Source of the DNA: Butyrivibrio sp.
Lineage (GTDB): Bacteria > Bacillota > Clostridia > Lachnospirales > Lachnospiraceae
Assembly: GCA_050874365.1 (NCBI GenBank)
Contig: JBNMKN010000001.1
Coordinates: 1 to 41,541 of the forward strand
DNA: 41,541 nt
Reading direction: 5' to 3'
Shown: positions 34,889 through 41,541 of the stretch, piece by piece
How the letters are laid out: each line of letters starts with the position of its first letter
Position numbering within the stretch: the first letter of the stretch is position 1
Position numbers and translations under genes: made by a program
The notes under the pieces: generated by a model
Database searches by the model: none
What the model saw: the letters and a program-made list of their open reading frames with translations, nothing else
What the model was told of the DNA's origin: nothing

Positions 34889-36760
34889 ATGAAAAGAAAG
34901 TTTAAAACAGCAGTTATTGCAGGTCTTACAACAGTTATTGCAGCGGGCAGCGTTATATATCTGCCAATGAATAATAATTATGTAAAAGGTAAACCTAACG
35001 TATATTATGAGACATTGTCTGCAACCAAAACCTCACAGAATACCACGGGAAAAGAGGAGGTTATTTATATAATTACCGATGCCGAAGGTAATGTCATGAA
35101 CGTCAACGCCGTTAATATTTTCGGAAAAGGAGCAGTTACGGATTACGGCACATATTCAGCCGTCAAAATGCTTAATTCAACCGAAGATATAAATTACAAT
35201 GACGGCAAGGTTGATTTTGTAACGGAAAAAGACAGAGTGTATTACCAGGGCACAATGGAAAATGCAGAGATACCATGGAACATCAATATAACCTACACTC
35301 TTGACGGAGAGGAAATCTCTCCTGAAAATCTTGCGGGAAAAAGCGGTAATGCAGACATCCATATAAGAATTACAAGAAATGATAAATGCAACGAGACTTT
35401 TTATAATAACTACGCATTGCAGGCTTCATTAACCCTTGATACGGAAAAATGTGAAAATATAGAAGCAGAGGGCGCAACTATTGCCAATGTGGGTGCTGAT
35501 AAACAGATAAGTTATACCGTTTTGCCTGGAAAAGGTCTTGATGCACATATTACCGCAGACGTAACAGATTCTGAAATGGATGCGATGACCATAAACGGTG
35601 TAAGGCTTAATCTTAACGTTGAGGTAGATGACTCGGAATTAATGGAAAAAGTTGATGAAATCAAATCGGCAGTTTCATCCCTTGATGACGGAGCAACGGC
35701 TCTTGACAACGGGGCTGATGAACTTTCGTCGGGTATTATACAGATAAAAGAAGCGTTAGTGGAATTAAACAATAATTCGGCAGCATTAAATAACGGTTCA
35801 GAAGAAGTAATGTCGGCTTTAACAGAGATACAGAATGCACTTTCTGCTGTCAGTATCAATTCAGATGATATAATTAAGCTGTCAAAGACTTCCACAGAAA
35901 TCAAAAACGGAATAAATGGAGTAGCAGGCGGACTTAGTTCTGTGAAAACAGGAATAGACGGATATTATGATAGCCTTGGAAGTCTTGGTGTGGAAGATGG
36001 CAGAACTTACAACGGACTTTCAAAAACACAGGCGGTATTGTTAAATACATATCAGACAGTATATGGGGCTACGGGTTCGGAAGCAGCAGCACTTGACAAA
36101 GTACATGAGACAGCGGCAGCACTGTTTCAGGCAGACCAGACAGATAAGGAAGCATATCTTATCGCTTCTTTAGGATATCCTTCAAGTCAGACCAATCCTG
36201 ATTACAGCTATCTTGCCTACAGCATACAGAATTTTGCCAGAATATATGCTTCAGGAACAGCAATAAGCAGTATTGACGGAGCACTTGACGGAGAGGGTCA
36301 GGACGATATTATGGCAGGAGTCACAGCATTGCAAAAAGGATATGAGGAATTTGACAACAGTATCCAGAGCTTATGTGCCGGACTTAGCGATATGGCAGTC
36401 AACATGAATACATTGAGAGTGGGAATAGACAAACTTGTAGAACAGTATGGTGTGCTGCTTAAAGGAACAGAGGCATATACTGACGGAGTAGCACAGATTC
36501 TTGCAGGATATGACAGAGTTGTGGACGGAATGGATTCACTCCTTGCAGGAACGAAAGAACTGAAAGCAGGCACCGGTGAGTTCGTGGATAAGACGGCCAA
36601 TCTTGACACGGAAGTATCTGATAAGATAGACGAACTCGTTTCACAGATATCAGGAAACGGTGATGAAACGGTATCTTTTACATCAGACAAAAATACGGAT
36701 GTGCAATCAGTTCAGTTCGTTATTAAGACATCAGCAGTTCTTTGTTCTGCGGCAGATTAA
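34889..36760 (+). CDS. YhgE/Pip-like coiled-coil partner of the MMPL transporter (C-terminus probably truncated)
   Basis: KEEVIY, YYQG, YTLDG..ISPENLAGKSG, LxxGxxxL heptads, SVQFVIKT followed by an abrupt end. Confidence 0.75.
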   Translation: MKRKFKTAVIAGLTTVIAAGSVIYLPMNNNYVKGKPNVYYETLSATKTSQNTTGKEEVIYIITDAEGNVMNVNAVNIFGKGAVTDYGTYSAVKMLNSTEDINYNDGKVDFVTEKDRVYYQGTMENAEIPWNINITYTLDGEEISPENLAGKSGNADIHIRITRNDKCNETFYNNYALQASLTLDTEKCENIEAEGATIANVGADKQISYTVLPGKGLDAHITADVTDSEMDAMTINGVRLNLNVEVDDSELMEKVDEIKSAVSSLDDGATALDNGADELSSGIIQIKEALVELNNNSAALNNGSEEVMSALTEIQNALSAVSINSDDIIKLSKTSTEIKNGINGVAGGLSSVKTGIDGYYDSLGSLGVEDGRTYNGLSKTQAVLLNTYQTVYGATGSEAAALDKVHETAAALFQADQTDKEAYLIASLGYPSSQTNPDYSYLAYSIQNFARIYASGTAISSIDGALDGEGQDDIMAGVTALQKGYEEFDNSIQSLCAGLSDMAVNMNTLRVGIDKLVEQYGVLLKGTEAYTDGVAQILAGYDRVVDGMDSLLAGTKELKAGTGEFVDKTANLDTEVSDKIDELVSQISGNGDETVSFTSDKNTDVQSVQFVIKTSAVLCSAAD

Positions 36761-36777
36761 TATTGCTGTAAAAGAGA

Positions 36778-37050
36778 TTATTCAACCCAGCAAGGACGGG
36801 GACGTGCAATCAGGGGCTTGAGGCAGACATTGCCGACGAGAGCTCCTGCTGCAATCGCTCCAAGCATTGTGATGCCGTAACGTCTGTACTTCGGAGATAT
36901 AAGGAGTCCGAGAGAGGTCACAAGCCATATTGCGCCTCAGTTGCCTAAAAGGGATATCTTTGGCATAATAAAATCCAAAAATTCACAGCTTAAATTATTA
37001 TGTATTCCGTGAAGTATGTTCCAGTCTATATTCTGAATAAATTCAATCAT
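36778..37050 (-). pseudogene. PAP2-family phosphatase pseudogene (5' part)
   Basis: Hand translation MIEFIQNIDWNILHGIH...LLGN*GAIWL...CLKPLIARPRPCWVE*; K-X-RPRP motif, internal TGA, GGAGG RBS. Confidence 0.8.
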
Positions 37051-37142
37051 TTTTTTATCCTCCAAATTTATTTTGTTTCCAATAACAAAGAACTTGTGTT
37101 TTTCAATTAATTACACGTTATAAAATTAAAAAAGTTGGAATA

Positions 37143-37190
37143 TTGACATTAAATATATTTTGTATTAGTATGCGGTTAGAGATAACTAAC
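37143..37190 (+). promoter_or_regulatory. Promoter and GTTAG-N6-CTAAC operator of the ABC operon
   Basis: TTGACA-17-TAGTAT, then GTTAGAGATAACTAAC at 37175-37190. Confidence 0.7.
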
Positions 37191-37217
37191 AAAAGTTATG
37201 AAAGGAGAACTTTAGAG

Positions 37218-39011
37218 GTGAAATCAAAAAAAGAAAGCACGTTAAAACGGCTTATGACGTATGCGGGCAAATACAGATATTTTACTTATGCGTCATGTAT
37301 TCTTGCAGCGATAAGTGCCGCTGTAGCACTTATACCGTTTTACGATATCTGGCGGATTATCAGGGAAGTGTTGGAGGTACGGCCTGATTTTTCCAAGGCG
37401 GTACATATTAAATCTTACGGCTGGCAGGCAGTTATTTTTGCACTTACCTCAATGATTTTTTACATAGGCTCGCTTATGTGCTCACACAGGGCAGCGTTTC
37501 GTGTACAGGCAAATATGCGTGTCGAAATGATGAATCATATAATGAAAATACCTGTTGGAATAATTGAGACTGAGGGAACGGGAAAAATAAGAAAAGACAT
37601 AACGGAATCAAGTGCGGCAACAGAGACTTATCTTGCACATAACTTACCGGATAAAGTTGTATCCGTTGTAACACCTGTATGTCTTATAGGCATGCTTGCG
37701 TTTTTTGACTGGAGACTGGGGCTTATAAGCCTTATTCCGGCAGTAATCGCATTTGTTCTTATGGGTGCATTTATGATGGGACCTAAGATGGCAGACGATA
37801 TGAAGGAATACCAGAATGCACTTGGCAATATGTCGGGCGAAGCCGTTGAGTATATCAGAGGTGTTCCGGTTGTCAAGACTTTTGGACAGACGCTCTATTC
37901 TTTTAAAAGATTTAAACAGGCGATTGATGAATACGAAAAATGGACTGTGGCATATACCAAAAACATGAGGGTGCCTATGACGGCATTTACTACATCCGCA
38001 AACGGAATATTTGCAGCCCTCATAATCGCAGCCTACGCTTTTACGGGACACGGCATAACCGATAAATTCATAATCAATCTTTTGTTTTATGTAATCATAA
38101 CCTCTATTCTTACCGTAACCTTGATGAAAGTGGCTTATGCGGGAGAATCCAAAATGCTTGTGGAGGATGCGCTGAACAGGGTAAATAATATAATGAATAT
38201 CAAACCTCTGCCTGAAACAGCAGATGAAAAGACTCCGAAGGGCGCTTCTGTGGAGATAGATAACGTTGAATTTTCTTACGACAATAATTCGTCACGCAAG
38301 GCAATAGACGGCATAAGCCTCAAAATAGAAGCAGGCAGCCATATAGCACTTGTGGGACCGTCAGGGGGAGGCAAGACAACTCTTGCATCACTTATTGCAA
38401 GATTCTATGACCCTGAAAAAGGCACTGTAAAAATAGGCGGTGTGGATGTAAAAGATATAAGCAGCAGGCACCTTATGGAACAGGTTTCCTATGTATTTCA
38501 GGACAGCCACCTTCTTAAGATGAGTATTCTTGAAAATGTAAGAATGGGCAGACCTGATGCTACCGATTATGAAGTAATGGAAGCCTTGGAAAAAGCACAG
38601 TGTATGGATATAATCGCTAAATTCCCTGACGGCGTAAATACTATAATAGGAAGCAAAGGTGTATTTGTATCCGGCGGTGAAGCACAACGTCTTTCCATTG
38701 CAAGGGCATTTCTTAAGGACGCACCCGTTTTAATTCTTGATGAGGCAACGGCGTTTGCCGACCCTGATAATGAATGTAAGGTGCAGCATGCATTCGAGAA
38801 TCTTGCAAAAAACAAAACCGTAATAATGATAGCTCACAGGCTTTCAACCATAACCTCAGCCGATTGTATTTATGTGCTTGAAAAAGGTAAAATTGCCGAA
38901 GCAGGCACATACGACGAGCTTATGGAAAAGCAGGGAATATTCTGTCATATGTGGAATGAATACAACAAATCCGCAAACTGGAAAGTCGGAAAGGAAGGTG
39001 CATTATCATGA
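37218..39011 (+). CDS. ABC transporter permease/ATPase, subunit 1 (exporter fold, IrtA/YbtP-like)
   Basis: SHRAAF, ETYLAHNLPD, GPSGGGKTT, VSGGEAQR, LDEATAFADP; GTG start after AAGGAG. Confidence 0.92.
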   Translation: MKSKKESTLKRLMTYAGKYRYFTYASCILAAISAAVALIPFYDIWRIIREVLEVRPDFSKAVHIKSYGWQAVIFALTSMIFYIGSLMCSHRAAFRVQANMRVEMMNHIMKIPVGIIETEGTGKIRKDITESSAATETYLAHNLPDKVVSVVTPVCLIGMLAFFDWRLGLISLIPAVIAFVLMGAFMMGPKMADDMKEYQNALGNMSGEAVEYIRGVPVVKTFGQTLYSFKRFKQAIDEYEKWTVAYTKNMRVPMTAFTTSANGIFAALIIAAYAFTGHGITDKFIINLLFYVIITSILTVTLMKVAYAGESKMLVEDALNRVNNIMNIKPLPETADEKTPKGASVEIDNVEFSYDNNSSRKAIDGISLKIEAGSHIALVGPSGGGKTTLASLIARFYDPEKGTVKIGGVDVKDISSRHLMEQVSYVFQDSHLLKMSILENVRMGRPDATDYEVMEALEKAQCMDIIAKFPDGVNTIIGSKGVFVSGGEAQRLSIARAFLKDAPVLILDEATAFADPDNECKVQHAFENLAKNKTVIMIAHRLSTITSADCIYVLEKGKIAEAGTYDELMEKQGIFCHMWNEYNKSANWKVGKEGALS

Positions 39012-40741
39012 TGGAAAAATTGAGACACAAGTACGCTTTGTCTGAAAAAGGCACAAAAGATATGGTGCGTGCCTTCATTGCAGTTACAATATCTAACCTC
39101 GTACTGATGTTACCGGTTGGACTTTTGTATAAGTTGTCATCATATCTTCTTGAAGGCGAGTTGAAAAAATCGGAATTACCGTTTTTTATAATTGCAATCG
39201 TCATTACGCTCATATTGATTGCAGTAACAACGTTCTTACAATATAACGCAACTTTCCTCTCAACTTATGTGGAAAGCGGTATAAGACGTAGGGGTCTTGC
39301 GGAAAAACTCAGAAAACTGCCATTGTCATTTTTCGGTAAAAAAGACCTTGCAGACCTTACAAATACTATAATGACCGACTGTGCCACCATCGAAACGGCG
39401 TCATCACATTGGATACCTGAACTTGTGGGAGCACTTTTATCCACAACCATCATTGTAATAAGCCTTTTCTTCTTTGACTGGAGAATGGCACTTGCAGCTG
39501 TATGGGTAATGCCTGTTGCTTTTATCGTTGTACTTTTATCAAGAAAAACCATGAAAAAAGTTCAGAATAAAACGGTAAAATACAGAGTTGAATGTCTTTC
39601 GGGAATACAAGAGGGACTTGAGTGCCTCAGGGATTTAAAATCCTACAATATGACTGATACATATATGGACGGACTTGAGACCAAAATCCGAAATGTTGAG
39701 AAACATGCCGTTACAGCCGAGTTCACAAACGCCGCATTTGTATGTTCTGCCCAGATGATTTTGAAATTCGGAATAGCTACGGTAGCGGTAACAGGAAGTG
39801 CTTTGCTCATAAAGGGTGATATAAGTGTGCTTACGTTCTTTATGTTTTTACTTGTTGTTACAAGAATGTATGAGCCTTTACAGATTTCACTTCAGAATCT
39901 TTCTGCCATAATTAATATGAGCAACAGTTGTGAGAGAATGGATGAAATACTTTCACATGAGGAGCAGACAGGAACAGAAACTCTTACAAATGACGGTTAT
40001 GATATCGTATTCGACCATGTTGCATTTTTTTACGAAGATGGGGAAAAAGTGCTCAGTGACGTTAGTTTCACTGCAAAGCAGGGCGAGGTTACCGCACTTA
40101 TCGGTCCGTCAGGCGGTGGCAAAACAACGGTTTCAAGGCTTGCAGCGAGATTCTGGGATAACAACAGCGGTACAATAACCGTAGGCGGTATGAAGGTTAC
40201 GGATGTTGAGCCTGAAAAACTTCTTTCGCTTTACTCAATCGTATTTCAGGACGTAACTCTTTTTAATAATACTGTTATGGAAAATATCAGAATCGGTAAA
40301 AAAGATGCCACGGATGAAGAAGTTATTGCAGCCGCAAGACTGGCAAACTGCGAAGAATTTGTGGAGCGTATGCCTGATAAATGGAACAGCATGATTGGTG
40401 AAAACGGTTCCGAATTGTCGGGTGGAGAGAGGCAGAGAATATCCATTGCCAGAGCCTTCCTTAAAGATGCACCGATAATTCTTCTGGACGAAGCAACCGC
40501 CTCACTGGACGTTGATAACGAATCACTCATCCAGGAGTCAATATCAAAGCTTATCGAAAACAAAACAGTTCTCATAATAGCCCACAGAATGAGGACAGTT
40601 GCAGGTGTTGATAAGATAGTTGTGTTAAAAGACGGTAAAGTAGCCGAAATGGGTTCACCTGAACAGCTCATGAAAAAAGGCGGTATATATAAACACATGT
40701 GCGAAACACAGCTGAAATCAGAAAAGTGGAACTGCTTTTGA
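39008..40741 (+). CDS. ABC transporter permease/ATPase, subunit 2
   Basis: EKLRKLPLSFF, GPSGGGKTT, LSGGERQR, LDEATASLD. Confidence 0.93.
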   Translation: MMEKLRHKYALSEKGTKDMVRAFIAVTISNLVLMLPVGLLYKLSSYLLEGELKKSELPFFIIAIVITLILIAVTTFLQYNATFLSTYVESGIRRRGLAEKLRKLPLSFFGKKDLADLTNTIMTDCATIETASSHWIPELVGALLSTTIIVISLFFFDWRMALAAVWVMPVAFIVVLLSRKTMKKVQNKTVKYRVECLSGIQEGLECLRDLKSYNMTDTYMDGLETKIRNVEKHAVTAEFTNAAFVCSAQMILKFGIATVAVTGSALLIKGDISVLTFFMFLLVVTRMYEPLQISLQNLSAIINMSNSCERMDEILSHEEQTGTETLTNDGYDIVFDHVAFFYEDGEKVLSDVSFTAKQGEVTALIGPSGGGKTTVSRLAARFWDNNSGTITVGGMKVTDVEPEKLLSLYSIVFQDVTLFNNTVMENIRIGKKDATDEEVIAAARLANCEEFVERMPDKWNSMIGENGSELSGGERQRISIARAFLKDAPIILLDEATASLDVDNESLIQESISKLIENKTVLIIAHRMRTVAGVDKIVVLKDGKVAEMGSPEQLMKKGGIYKHMCETQLKSEKWNCF

Positions 40742-40832
40742 ATGAAGTCAATGGTTTGTTGATGATTTTACATTTTATCGGGAAAGTGGTATATATAATA
40801 TGTTTGCATTGAAAGGAAAGCGATAGTATTAT

Positions 40833-41504
40833 ATGAAAATTGACAACAAAAGCAAAAATTATCTTACAAGGGTTATTGTATATCTCGTTGGTCTTTTTAT
40901 AATGACCATCGGGGTATCAATGTCCGTAAAATCTAATCTTGGAGTATCTCCGGTCAGCTCTATTCCCTACACCATAACGTGCATTACAGGACTTGAAATG
41001 GGAAAAGCTACAATTCTTTTTCACATCGTACTCGTTATTATCCAGATAATAATATTGAGAAAAGATTTTGAAATCAAAAACCTTTTACAAGTATTTGTCG
41101 GAATTATATTCGGTTATTTCACAACTTTTTCCAATTACCTGTTTTCATTTATTCCATCTACAGATAACTACGCTGTAAGGGCGGCTCTGATGTTTGGAAG
41201 CACGGTAGTAATTGCATTTGGTATATTTTTATATCTTCCTGCGGATGTTGTACCCCTTGCAGGCGAGGGTGCCATGAAAGCAATTTCTGATAAAACAGGC
41301 ATTATGTTCAGTCATGTTAAAATAGGGTTTGACGTTTCAATGGTTCTTGTGTCACTCGCCGCCTGTCTTATTGCCCTCAGAAAACCGGGTGCAGTAGGTG
41401 TCGGCACCGTTGTGGCTGCCGTTCTTGTTGGAATAATTCTCGGAAGATTCAATCATTTTCTCGGAGCAAAAAGGGATAAGCTGTTGGGAAAAGAAAAAGA
41501 ATAA
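40833..41504 (+). CDS. YczE/YitT-family (DUF6198-like) membrane protein
   Basis: LGVSPVSSIPY, VKIGFD, GVGTVV. Confidence 0.85.
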   Translation: MKIDNKSKNYLTRVIVYLVGLFIMTIGVSMSVKSNLGVSPVSSIPYTITCITGLEMGKATILFHIVLVIIQIIILRKDFEIKNLLQVFVGIIFGYFTTFSNYLFSFIPSTDNYAVRAALMFGSTVVIAFGIFLYLPADVVPLAGEGAMKAISDKTGIMFSHVKIGFDVSMVLVSLAACLIALRKPGAVGVGTVVAAVLVGIILGRFNHFLGAKRDKLLGKEKE

Positions 41505-41541
41505 ATTTTTTTAATAAAAAATTACATAAAAGGTTAATTAA

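Overview
AT-rich chromosomal window from a low-GC Firmicute; gene content suggests Lachnospiraceae/Clostridiales (inference). A core block (mutS2, HtrA-like, yhaM, rlmD) is followed by about 35 kb of accessory DNA: three type II toxin-antitoxin pairs (DinJ/RelB-YafQ, YefM-YoeB, HicAB), a LytTR/GHKL two-component system with a divergent lipoprotein-ABC operon, several MerR/TetR/XRE regulators, a MerR-controlled short DXS, a purine riboswitch wired as an ON switch, an MMPL + Pip/YhgE-like pair, a heterodimeric ABC transporter and many pseudogene scars. The most unusual part is 4.7-11.4 kb, just after rlmD. A decayed ~600-bp copy of the rlmD 3' half brackets a mosaic of short pieces. A 34-35-bp hairpin repeat (TTGAACGACCCTCCAGAAATGGTGTATCGTTCAAC, three copies) sits exactly at junctions between unrelated fragments. 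Three small intact genes each keep only the 3' stub of their upstream partner and resemble genes that follow phage MuF/minor-capsid toxin domains. The mosaic also holds a self-contained promoter-structured RNA-terminator unit and an Imm33/DUF2185-TPR fusion. My working hypothesis is a collection of orphan antitoxin/immunity modules. No recombinase, cas gene, tRNA or rRNA gene was found. Family assignments come from motif recognition only; no database search was run.
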